Positions 51,941-64,000 of a stretch of 64,000 bases of DNA are shown piece by piece. The translations under genes and the position numbers were made by a program. Positions within the stretch are counted from its first letter, which is position 1; each line of letters starts with the position of its first letter. The stretch is from Octopus vulgaris. Taxonomy: Eukaryota. Location: positions 22,444,001 to 22,508,000 of the forward strand of contig OX597836.1 in the NCBI GenBank assembly GCA_951406725.2, given 5' to 3'. The notes below the pieces were generated by a model. That model was not told the origin of the DNA and searched no databases. It saw only the letters and a program-made list of their open reading frames with translations.

Positions 51941-52940
51941 AGGCAGTGAGCGGCAAAATGGTGAGCAGGTTAGGAAAATACTTAACGGCATTTCGTCCGT
52001 CTTTATGTTCTGAGTTCAAATTTCGTCAAAGCCGACTCTGCCTTTCATCCTTACGTGGTCGATGAATTAAGTACCGAATCGACAAGCTTCCACCCCAAAA
52101 TTTCAGGCCTTGTGCCTTTAGCAGAAAGGATTATTATTATGAAGGTGAGAAGCAGGCAGAGTCGTTTGCACGTTAGAAAAATGCTTAGCGGCATTTCGTC
52201 CGTCTTTACGTTGAGTTCAAATCCCGTCGACTTTGGCTTTCGTCCTTTTGGGTTCGATAAAATAAGTACCAGTTGAGTACCGGGGTCGATATAATCGACT
52301 TACCCACTCCCCTGTAGGCGTTGTGATAAAATTTGAAATTATTGTTATTATTAAGAGCTGGCAGAACCGTTAGCGCGCCGGACGAAAAGCTTAACGATAT
52401 TTCGCCCGTCACTACGTTCCGAGTTCAAATTCCGCTGGGGTCGACTTCGCCTTTCATCCTTTCGGGGACGATAAATTAAGTACCAGTTGAGTACTGGGAT
52501 CGGTGTAACCGACTTAACCCCTCCCCCAAAATTTCAGGCCTTGTGCCTTTAGTAAAGATTATTATGAAGGCGGCGAGCTGGCAGAGTCGTTAGCATGTCG
52601 GACAAAATGTTTAGCGGTATTTTTCTGGCTTCGCGTTCTGAGCTCAAATTCCGCCGTGGTCGGCTCTGCATTTCAGCTTTTCGGGGTCGATGAAACAAGT
52701 ACCAGTTGAGCATTAGCGTCGAAGTAATCGACTGGATCCCTCTCCCAAAATTGCATGTCTTGTGCCTATAACAAGATTATTACTATGAAGGCAGCGAACT
52801 GGCAGAATTTCTTTCTGAGTTCAAATTCCGTTAAGGTTGGCTTTTTACCTTTCATCCTTTCCGGGTTGACCCAAACAAATACTGAGGTCAATGTAACCTT
52901 CTGTCCCTAAAACTGCTGACTTTGTGTCAGAATTTGAACC
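51941..52940 (+). repeat. Head-to-tail array of ~5 diverged family B-related SINEs
   Basis: ~200-bp units with tgagttcaaat B box, cctttcatcc block and (ATT)n tails. Confidence 0.85.
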
Positions 52941-55599
52941 CGCCGCCTCCACCCACGCATACACACGTGTATGCTCAACCAGGATTGATTTAGGAGACAA
53001 ATAGACAAAAAAACACCACCGCTAAGAAAGCCTCTATATGGTCACTCAACCCGCAAGAGGCATCACATAATAACCATCATTGTAAGAAGAAGGGAAAAAA
53101 GCAAAGAGACACATTAAGCTAGCGAATCGGAAACGTGTGCGTGAACAAAAAGACAGGATGGTCACCGAATGATCAGGGATGGAGACCTGGGACTTAACGA
53201 CTGAATACTTCTTTTAAGTCGCTACCTCGATAATAGCAGCTCCCGGAAAGGATGAGTATTAGAAACAGGTCAAGACCCTGCATGAATGCCACTGATCCTA
53301 ACCATACTCCATCGGGGAAGAGGGAGTCAGCTTTACTTTCCGCTCTTCCGAGATTACTAAACTGAGAACCAATCAAGAACTGGGGTAGAGAAATCACTGT
53401 CTCGATTACATACACCATTCAACATCTGTGACAGGCTTTCAGTTAAAAAAAAAGAAGAAAAAGCGACGAACTGGCAGAATTGTTAAGACATAATTCCCAA
53501 CGGTATTTCTTCCGATTCTTTACCATTCCGAGTTCAAATTCCTTCTGGGGTTAATACTAAAAAGTGCCAGTTCGATTAGCTCCTTCCCCCAAAAATACCA
53601 GGCCTTAAGCTTATAGAAAGAAGAATAATTATTCACATGTAGAGTCATCAAGGCCTATATTATCTGCCTTTTATTCTAACCGTACAACGCTAATGAAGAC
53701 TGCTATTTCTAATAAGTTGAACAACCACATTAGCTCGAAAAGTACCTGTACTATACTACGGTCAATTCTGTCGATAAATAGTTCCTCCCGCTTTCCAAGG
53801 TCTTGTGCAGTGAGAGAGGGGGAGAGAAGTGAGGAAGAGAAGCGGGCCAAATTGGAATGAATCAATTCCATGGTGCCATGTTCTTGTCTCCTGTTTGGAA
53901 AATTGTTCTCATTCCATATCCTCGGGGATGGAGGGAGAAAAGAGATGAACGTCTTACATTCTCATTTCACTAATCTACAACGTTGTTGTACTGGAAGACT
54001 TATGACTGGTTTATTGAGTAAAACAGTTTAAACATCTCTCGACTTCCAATTTATACAAAATAGAAAGAAAAAGGAGAGAGAGAGAGCGAAAGAGAATGGG
54101 AGAGAGAGAGAGAAGAAGAACGGGGGGAGGGAGTCTACGATTTCTGCTTATTCTCCCCTACCGAAGCTCTTTGACTGCTACTGTGTGTCTTACACGAGCG
54201 GACGAAGGAGTCTCTAAATGGTAGCCAGAGGCACTAGAAACAGCAGCAAATGTCTTCCTAACTGTACTGTCTAATAAGAAAAGAAGGGCACATTGAACAA
54301 TGTAATCATGTGCGTGTAGATAGATAGATATATAGATATATATATATGTGTGTGTGCGCTCGCCCAAACACACCTCTGGATGGATGTTCGCGGGTATATA
54401 TTAAACGTGTGTGTATATATAATGTGTGTGTATGTTATTGTTATCAGATAACCTATATTAGTGATTCAAAGCCCGAGAGTTTCGTGTGAACGCATTCATC
54501 AAACTAGAATCGTTTCTCAGTTATATGAAAACATAAGCAGTGTTTACTCTATTTCCTGTAATGAGTTCTATTTCTCCCTCTCTACATTCAAGCCACGGCT
54601 GGAATACTTTTCATCTAATAACCAGCTTCATCTAAAGAGGACTTGTAGGGAGGGAGAGGGGCGAAAAATAACAAGGCCGAGTGGAAGTGAGAAGGGAGGG
54701 AGTTCGTAAGGCGTTATAACGAGGAATGTGACAAGTTAATCTAAAGAGGTAGTGTTGGGGAACGCGAGAATACTATGCTTCTCATACAATAGCAACAACA
54801 ATAATCCCTTCTACTTAATAGGCACAAGGCCCTGGAATTTGGGAGGAGGGGTTAGTAGATTTAATCGATCCCTAGTACTCAACTGGTAATAATTGTATCG
54901 ACTCCGAAAGTATGAAAGGCAAAGTCGATCTAGACAAGATTTGAAAGCAATAATAATAATAATGATGGTTTCAAATTTTGGCACAAGGCCAGCAAGCTCG
55001 CGGGGGTAGGGATTAAGTCGATTACATCGACCCCCAGTGCTCAGCTGGTACTTGTCTTTTTTCGACCCCCGAAAGGGATGAAAGGCAAAGACGAACTCGG
55101 CGGAATTTGAAAATTGTGTTCATTACGGACTCAAAGGTATGGGAGAAGGCGGGGAGGGAAAGCAGGTTTACATGAAACGAGAACTGTGATGTTGTGAGAG
55201 TCATTCATACATGATTATTTATCGAGAAGATTCGGCGGATCACGTTGATCAATAATTATTCGTTTTTTGTTTTTTTTTTCAATTAAAAACAGTCACATCT
55301 TTTCGATTTTTTACCCGCTATCTTCTGATTTATCTATCTACATCATACACGAGAAAAACGAGAGTATCTCTATGAGGACGATTGGCCTACTAGAAATAGG
55401 TAGCAGGTGGATTTTCCTTCAAAATCACACACAAAACATATACACACATTCAATACCGTTTAAGAAAAGGATTTTAAAAAATCAGAGGCTACCCTTCGAT
55501 ATATAACTCGCAGTGTTTGAATAAAAGAACGTTCCTTAATCGGGGATTTGCATATTTTGACCGAGCGACTACAAGAGAAACAATAATCACACACACAAC

Positions 55600-55653
<54 letters not shown>

Positions 55654-56432
55654 TCACGACGAATAAACACATACATACTTCGAATAGATAAACACAACCA
55701 TTCCATAAAAATATATATACATACCCACACGCGCAAACACAATCACGTTTGTCTACATACATTCCATGTACACCGCGTACATATATATATACTCACACAC
55801 ACATAGATATATATACACAGATGGATATATAACAACACAAACACTACATATATGAGGGTATACACACGTATATTACAACATATCACGCCCCCACACATAA
55901 ATATAATTTACAGATATCCACACACTAATACATCACATCCCTACAACACGTATACTATACTATACATCACACGCACAAATCCATAATGCCCTACATAATA
56001 TATACACACACGGTATTAAAAAAAAAATCACATACACACAACTAAACGCATCAGTCATATCGATATTATGCTACACATACACACACACGAATACTAACAT
56101 AGAACTAAATATATATTTTAAAAGGGTCTCGTACACACACACATAAACCAAAATAATGGTACATACGCACATACAAACTAATACAAGCTACAGACACGCA
56201 CGCATTATGCACGCTGCATGCTCCCCGCCGCCTTCCGCAAATACATTTCTACACGCACCTTGCAAACAAACATATATACACACCTCTCAACGATCCTACT
56301 CTGTCAATTCGCTCTACATACATGCTACAAGCGTTTACGCATATTAACACAAGTTTATTAAAGATAACTATAAATTATACACTACACAATATATACACAC
56401 ACCATTATCAGATTCAGCTCCAACACACGCAC

Positions 56433-56481
<49 letters not shown>

Positions 56482-56804
56482 TGCTAAACTGAAGCTAAAC
56501 AAAAGACAAGCGCCAATATTAAAAGCAGTAAGAACGTACTAAACACGTTACATATTATAGACACATCGTATGTTTATACATACATACACATATATATTTA
56601 CAAATATATATACAATAACATACACACATAATATAAATATATACATATAAACATATATATAATATATACATGTATATAATATACATACATTATATACATT
56701 TATATGTGCATATACACACGCAAACATCGATAGATAATTAACCACATTCTTATACACACATATTTATACATAAACAGATATAGATGTATATATATATTAC
56801 ATAC

Positions 56805-57400
56805 CTTGTAGAACGGTGAGAGTGGGGAGAGAAAATAAAATATCCGTTTTTAAGGCTTTCACGGTAGCTTGAAGCTAAAATATTTATAAACAACCCTATC
56901 CAAGTACTTCGTCCTTCGTTTGGCTGACTTGAAAATTACAGGCGAGACAAGTGCTCTGACGGCCCGACTCTTCTCCTTCCACCAACATACTACTACGTAA
57001 TGGTGTTTACAAAATCCGGAACGGAATCACACAACCTGTTTTCGTTACCCTTGACGACAAGATCACTAGAACAAACGTGGAATTTCGGGGCCCCGTCTTT
57101 TGGTTGTTTTTTCTTTTCTTTTTTTTTTTTGATTTAAAGGTTGTTTAGGAATCGAAGTGGAGAATTTTCGTTCGTTTATTTATTTGGAATAAAGAAAAAA
57201 GAAATTGAACAGTAACAGTGATTGCAGTGAAAATGGGCGCTTTTTTCTCTTTCGCTCACTTTCTCATTATAAAATATTCGTTTCGGTTTTACTCTGAGGT
57301 TCCGTTTTCGTTTCGCTTACGATTTTGTTTTCTTCTTCATGTGACTATTATTTCAATTTACGGAAAAAAAAAAAAAAAGCTTTCACGCAAAAACAGAATT
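56805..57400 (-). promoter_or_regulatory. Candidate promoter or first non-coding exon of a minus-strand transcript
   Basis: Non-repeat CpG-containing tract ending in a consensus donor AAG|GTATGT (exon end 56805); only a 30-aa ORF inside; upstream limit uncertain. Confidence 0.3.
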
Positions 57401-58499
57401 TTCACTGGATTATTTTAATCTTTGTTTCCTTTTTTTGATACATTCATTTTATTTATTTATTTGATATTTTTCTATTCAGAGCGATCAGTAATGCAAGAGT
57501 AGCTATAAAAATGATTAACGTAACACAAGTCGGGAAAACAATCGGGTTGGGGTTAGTGTGTGTGTGTGTGTGGAGGTAATCCTTCTATCCGCTACTTCGC
57601 TTAGTCATTGGATTACGGCCATGCACAAGCACCGCTTTAAAGGGGTTTAGTCAAACAATTTGAACGTACTACTTATATGTGTGTGTGTGTGTGTGTGTTT
57701 TTTCTTTTTGTTTATTTTATTTTAAAAAGTTTGATGATTATTCTATTTGTGATTTTTGCCGAACCGCTAAGTTACAGAGAAGTTAACAAACGATCACCTG
57801 TTGTCAAGCGGAAGGGGATCACACGCACACACACACACACATACACACACACATACATATACACATATATGGTTCAAATGTACTGAAAACAAAAGACAGA
57901 GACAGGTGAGGGAACAACAAGCAGGTGTGTTAATTTGAAGTTCGGAAAATATGGAAAAGTCTTTGATGTTGCAGCCATGCAGGAACACCACCTTACATAA
58001 TATAACTGCCTCTCCAGCAGGGAATCAAATTCCATGATGGGTAGGGATACTTGCCACTGTACTACCAATATAAACCTACATTGTAAAAACACAGACATGG
58101 CCTATTTAACTATTTCTCCATAGACTGAAACCAAAAAAAAATTTTTTTGGAATGATGAACATCCTTCATCAATTTTCAAATCTTATTGAGTTCTCATCAG
58201 AGGTGCCTGCATCATTTGACCAATCCCAGAGAAATAAGCAGCCAATTCATCATCATCATCATCATCATCATTTAGCATCTGCATTCCATGTTGGCATGGG
58301 TTAGACGGTTCGACTGAAACCGGGAAGCTGGAGGATTGCACCGGGTTCCAATCTGATTTGGCCACTTCACAGAGGGTGCTGAGTGATCAACAAATCTAGT
58401 TGCAACAGAAAAAACAGGTACTACTAATTTGTATACCATGAATGTTGAATACTTTATTTGATATCAATGGCTTCTCAACAGAGTGCTCAGTTCACCGGG

Positions 58500-58930
58500 A
58501 ATCAAGGTGGAGCTGTTGTGTGGCATACAGACCTCTACAGGCCTGAGACGCTTTGTCAACTGCAAGACACCACCTTCTTATTTCTTTATTGCCCACAAGG
58601 GGCTAAACATAGAGAGGACAAACAAGGATAGACATAGGGATTAAGTCGATTACATCAACCCCAGTGCGCAACTGGTACTCAATTTATCGACCCCGAAATG
58701 ATGAAAGGCAAAGTTGATCCTGGCAGAATTTGAACTCAGAATGCAACGGCAGACAAAACACTGCTAAGCACCTTGCTCAGCACACTAACGTTTCTGCGAG
58801 CTCACCGCATGACCCCACCTTCTGTCTACACTCTAACCCCACATCTCACAGCGAACAAATTGTTTCTTCCACTATCCAAGAATTATTTCCTCCCCTCTCC
58901 TACCCCACACTGCAGCCAACCTCACTGTCC
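58500..58930 (+). pseudogene. Penelope-like RT N-terminal relic split by a family B SINE (58579-58810, minus)
   Basis: NQGGAVVWHTDLYRPETLCQLQDTTF (cf. PLE ADKGGAVVV...QL.D) continuing as NPTSHSEQIVSSTIQEL; TSD gac(a/c)ccaccttct. Confidence 0.65.
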
Positions 58931-59947
58931 AGTATACAGAGACTTGATGTCAGGGGTGAATTGGGAGGGTCCAGGAGGAAACAAGAAGGAATTAATGAGA
59001 TGAAGAACATGATTGGTATTGTGAATGTGAGGGGAGTACAAGGACAAGGTCGAAGTATTTAAAGGTTAATTCAGTCGGAGCAATTAGTGCAGGTGAGCTG
59101 GCAGAATCATTAACATGCTGGGAAAAATGCTTAGTGGCATTTCGTCTATTTTCACATTCTGAGTTCAAATTCTGCCATAGTTGACTTTGCCAATCCTTCC
59201 ACCCAACATTTGAATTCTCTTGCTCTGTCTCCAACACCCCTGTTAATTTCTTGGGTATTTCTGTTAACATAAGCAGAAATATCTAACTGTCTCTTACCAC
59301 CTCCATCTACTACAAGCCCACATACTCCCACTCCTACCTCAACTCCTCTTCTTCCCATCTCTTCTTCCACACCAAACTGTCCATCCTCCTTCTTTTAATT
59401 CCTCCATCTCCATTGTCTTTGTCACAGTGACCATGCCTTTAAGGCATGGTTCCAACTCATGACTCACCACCTTACCCAACAGGCAGGGTCCAAGGTTATT
59501 ATAGTTCATCACCATTCTGTATTCTGTAAATCCATGGTTGGGCTCCAGACAAACAGGTGTTTACACAGAGTGATAATAAGATAAGGTATAAATAATGGTC
59601 ATTCAATAATTTTGCTTTATTAGAGCAAACTTGGCTTACAGCTGTTTCCAGTAGTCATTATAGGTACGTTACTGATAGGTTTACTCAATAGGTCCATTGA
59701 TTATTTGAGAGAAACTGAACGACCTAGAGTCATATCAAGTTAAAATCAAGGAGAATGCTGAAGGAATGGTACAGGCATGGGGAGGGGAGTGAAGAGAGAG
59801 GCAATAAGAATAAGGTGAGAGGGAGATAAAGAGGAAAAGGGAAGCGGAGTGAGGATTAGGAAAAGAAGGACTAAAGGGAAGAGAAGGAGGAGAGGAAAGA
59901 ATAGAATAGAATTAGAAGCAGAGGTAAGCCACTTTTCAACCCGCATC

Positions 59948-60171
59948 TTACTTTTACTTACTTTTACTTGTTTCAGTCATTCGACTGCGGCCATGCTGGA
60001 GCACCGCCTTTAGTCGAGCAAATCGACCCCGGGACTTATTCTTTGTAAGCCCAGTACTTATTCTATTGGTCTCTTTTGCCGAACCGCTAAGTGACGGGGA
60101 CATATGCACACTAGCATCGGTTGTCAAGCAATGCTAGGGGGACAAACACAGACACACAAACATATACATAC

Positions 60172-60212
<41 letters not shown>

Positions 60213-60377
60213 TACGACAGGCTTCTTTCAGTTTCCGTCTACCAAATCCACTCACAAGGCATTGGTCGGCCCGAGGCTATAGCAGAAGACACTTGCCCAA
60301 GGTGCCACACAGTGGGACTGAACCCGGAATCATGTGGTTGGTAAGCAAGCTACTTATCACACAGCCACTCCGGCGCC
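59948..60377 (-). mobile_element. Family A SINE
   Basis: Full-length. Confidence 0.92.
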
Positions 60378-60493
60378 TGGCAAAATTTGAGGAATAGTTG
60401 TGGAACGTAGTTAAGAACATCAAGTTTCACAAGCACCCCCTAAGGCAGAACCCATACCTTTGAAAATTACACCAAATAAATAAAGAATTATCA

Positions 60494-60908
60494 GGCATAG
60501 GAGTGGCTGTGTGGTAATTAGCTTGTTTACCAACCACATGGTTCCGGGTTCAGTCCCACTGCGTGGCACATTGGGCATGTGTCTTCTACTATAGCCTTGG
60601 GCTGACCAAAGCCTTGTGAGTGGATTTGGTAGACGGAAACTGAAAGACGTCCGTCGTATAAATGTATATATATGTATGCGTGTCTATGTTTGTGTGTCTG
60701 TGTTTGTCCCCCAACATCGCCTGACAACCGATGCTGGTGTGTTTATGTCCTCGTAACTTAGCGGTTCGGCAAAAGTGACCGATAGAATAAGTACTAGGTT
60801 TACAAAGAATAAGTCCTGGGGTAGATTTGTTCGACTAAAGGCGGTGCTCCAGCATGGCCACAGTCAAATGACTGAAACAAGTAAAAGAGTAAAAGAGTAA
60901 AGAGTAAA
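60494..60908 (+). mobile_element. Family A SINE
   Basis: Full-length; TSD-like aaaga(a)attatcag. Confidence 0.92.
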
Positions 60909-61699
60909 GAAATTATCAGCAAATCTGAAATATTAGTGCCCTGAAATAAAACAGGGAATGCCCACTACCTGGATTATAATGATTACAACAACCTAATCGG
61001 AAAGGAGATTTTAAAGGACTATAGATGAAATATCAATATGGAGTAAGGGGGTAAGGAGAGTGCGGTGAGATGAATAAAGTGCCATAAGTAGAATGGGAGG
61101 AAGAGGAGGAGGAGAATATTTGAAGGAGCACAGATGGAGATTAAGGGTGGTGGAGAGGGGGTATATGATGATAAGGACAAGGAGGTATAGTGACAAGATG
61201 GGGGAAGAGAAAGAAGAGAGGGCAGGAATTTTACGTCTGTTATTTTCCCTGCTGGCATGAGTTAGGTGAGTCATCATCATTCAACTCAATGTTTTGTCTC
61301 TTTTTTGCCGTCCTTTATCCTTCGTTCGTTCATGACATTAACACTCACTACTTCTTCTTCCTATGTCTTCCTTGATCTTTCTCTACAGCAAGTTTGCTTC
61401 ACCATTTCCTTCCACTCGGATTATTTGGCACCTCTGTGCCAAATTACCATCGTCCATGCACATCACTAGTTAGAACTTTCTCAGGCCCCCCTCTATCTCT
61501 CCCTTCCTTTCTCTCTCTCTCTCTCTTGTTGCAACTTTGCATATGATTCCTCTCAGACTCAGCTTTTTGGTTTTGTTGTTCTTTTTATCTCTTAACTTCT
61601 GCTGCAACATGTGCAAATATATTTGCACACACATTTATACATGCATATACCTGTGTGTGTGTGTGTGTCTGATTATATATTCATATCTATAAGTGCATA

Positions 61700-61794
<95 letters not shown>

Positions 61795-61832
61795 GCATAC
61801 ATTTATATATATGTTTATGTATACGTGCATAC

Positions 61833-61871
<39 letters not shown>

Positions 61872-62988
61872 TGCACACAAACAGTTGAAATTTGTGAAGT
61901 ATTCTAATTTGATCATCACGCTGCATAAATTCTCTCTTCCGTCCTCTCTCATTCACTGTGTGTTTGCGTGTGTGTTATATATCATCATCATCCTCATTGT
62001 CATAGCTTTTTCCTCTTCATTGCCATCGGCATCAGCTTCATTGCCGCTGTTGTCATTATCTCCATCACCACTACAACCAAAAAGACATTGATGATGATGA
62101 TCATATATATATATATACATACATACATTGTTTCTACATGTGTATATGTATATATATCATCATCATCATAAGCTTAGAAGAACAAGAGAAACACTCAACT
62201 ACGTCTATTTGTACAAACACATGTATATGCTTTCTTATGTATATGTACCCATGTGTTTGCACACACACACACACAGATATATATACACTGACAAACATAT
62301 GTACATGCACATATGCTCATACAGGCACACACACATCTACGCAACCTTGGGAGAAAAGCTAGTGGGTGTATAAACTGGAATGAATCATGCATCAAACCTT
62401 ATCAGAAACTAGATTTGTTATCCTCCAGGGGTAGAAATTGCCCCCTTGAGGCAAAATTGACATCAGCTTTTGGCTTACTATATTGGTGTTATTTTTTAGC
62501 CGAAGGTCTGCCCTATTCATAGCAAAGCAAATATGTGCTGCAACAAACATAAAAACAGTGAACATTAACTGAATGACAGACTAAGTGTTGGTATGGTGTG
62601 TGATATTTTTAATATGTATATTGATTAGGACCTCAAAGTTTCACCAATCCGCTTGTTTGAACTGTTTAAATAAGCTGTCAAGTGAAATTTTGAAATTCCT
62701 CTCAGTAAAATTATTCCATATATATATATATATAAATTTAAATTTAAGATGAGGGTGAGAAATTAGATATTAATTTAATTAACGTCGATTTCACACCAGT
62801 GGTCCAGCATATAAAAAAACTAAAGGTTCAGTAAAATTGTATTATATACATATTAGAGGGAAACCACTGGTTGCTTTGCTAAATTTTTCTTGAGAACATT
62901 TCTTAGTGGTAAGACCATAGCGGATCTATTTCTAGCATAAGGGGATCCACATAGTGGTTTCCCCTTATATGTATATATATATATATAA

Positions 62989-63023
<35 letters not shown>

Positions 63024-63024
<1 letters not shown>

Positions 63025-63443
63025 TAGAAGTATAGCCTGGCATTGCTTGGGTTTGTTTTTTAGTTGCGCTTAAAAAGTTTTCACATAGTTTCAATCTCTT
63101 TTAAAAAGTAAAAATTTTGCATTATGTAGCTTGTTATTCTCTTTAAGTGAACATCTTTCTGATTGAAATACACCAAAAAATGGCGACAGAGCAGTAAAAA
63201 AATCGTTAAAAATAAGGATTTTCATAGAAAAAAAAAGCACCTTTTTGATGTAAATAATTTTTGGTCTTAACATGATCCGATTTGAATTTTTTATTCTATG
63301 GAAGGAAGAGCAAGCCTTTTTCTATCATACTCTCAATTTTGGTCAACTTGTGCCGCAGGGTCTCGGAGGAGATAGTGTTAGTTGAAGGCTACCAAACCTG
63401 CCACACACACACACACAGACAACTTCAGCTTTATATGTATAGA
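63024..63443 (-). mobile_element. Non-autonomous Helitron-like element, copy 2
   Basis: Reverse match to 33436-33814; CTAG end; CpG-decayed terminal hairpin. Confidence 0.75.
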
Positions 63444-63946
63444 TAAGATATTAGAGAAAGAGAAAGAAAAAGGAATCCATGAGATTTGTTATTGATCACT
63501 ATGATCATTTGGACCCATTGTGCATCAGGTCTTCATGGGTGAGATGCTGTACAAACCGTTCTAGAATGTAGTCTAACCAAAATAAAGGGAAATGCAGATT
63601 AAATAACAAGGTACCTTTTGACAAGTCACCCGACAAGGCATGTCTGCACCAAATGATGCACCACAACTATTTGTACAGAATCTCATCTACAAGGGACCGA
63701 TGCACAATTAATTGAAGCAATTGTAACGATTAATAAAGAATCTCATGAATTCCATTTTCTTTCTCTTTCTCACTTTGTGATAAATTCTATGGACCATGAA
63801 GGAATTCCTGAAGTAAATCCAATGGCATTTATATCCATATTGTTGTTGACATCAGGTAGCCAAATACAGTGAACAGGCTTTAAATGGCATACTACAAGGT
63901 GTATATCCAAATTTATAATTATTACTTCTATATATCTGTTTATGTG

Positions 63947-64000
63947 GAGGTGCGTGGCTTAGTGGTTAGGGTGTCAGCATCACGATTGTAAGATTGTGGT
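63947..64000 (+). mobile_element. Family C SINE head, truncated by the window end
   Basis: gaggtgcgtggcttagtggttagggtgtc A-box head. Confidence 0.65.

Noticed and set aside
57986-58075. Possible minus-strand micro-exon (FILVVQWQVSLPIMEFDSLLERQLYY)
   Set aside because: Weak acceptor without a polypyrimidine tract and no recognisable homology.
58160-58210. Minus-strand CTGATGA...GAAA near the PLE relic (also CTGAAGA at 25922 and CTGATGA at 44563)
   Set aside because: No valid NUH triplet or stem III, or no matching GAAA half; too decayed to call.
3526-60727. Recurrent ORFs such as ASFSFRLPNPLTRHWSARG and MRNWYLI
   Set aside because: They are translations of the same SINE families, not a gene family.
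535-64000. tRNA-like A/B-box sequences
   Set aside because: All continue into SINE bodies; no standalone cloverleaf with terminator, so no tRNA genes were called.

Overview
Repeat-rich, AT-rich animal non-coding DNA. The SINE families and very dense (TA)n/(CA)n/(GA)n/(GATA)n microsatellites suggest an octopus (coleoid cephalopod) genome; this is an inference. No intact host protein-coding exon could be supported, and almost all listed ORFs are microsatellite or SINE artefacts. The window holds several tRNA-derived SINE families (dozens of copies), MITEs (four copies of a ~420-bp GG-terminated 8-bp-TSD element with internal TTAGGG), two non-autonomous Helitrons, and decayed mariner/Tc1, Penelope-like, RTE, L1/Tx1 and Gypsy fragments. 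The most interesting signals are at RNA level: (i) a canonical type-I hammerhead ribozyme fold at 42757-42848 (-) plus several variant or half hammerheads; (ii) an HDV-like double-pseudoknot ribozyme with a cUUCGg loop whose predicted cleavage G is the first base of a short RTE-like element (36118-36471); (iii) SINE multimers inside single TSDs that always re-join at the same hairpin loop; (iv) long non-repeat hairpins (11408-11488, 8170-8221); and (v) an apparent CpG-retaining central domain flanked by CpG-decayed ends.
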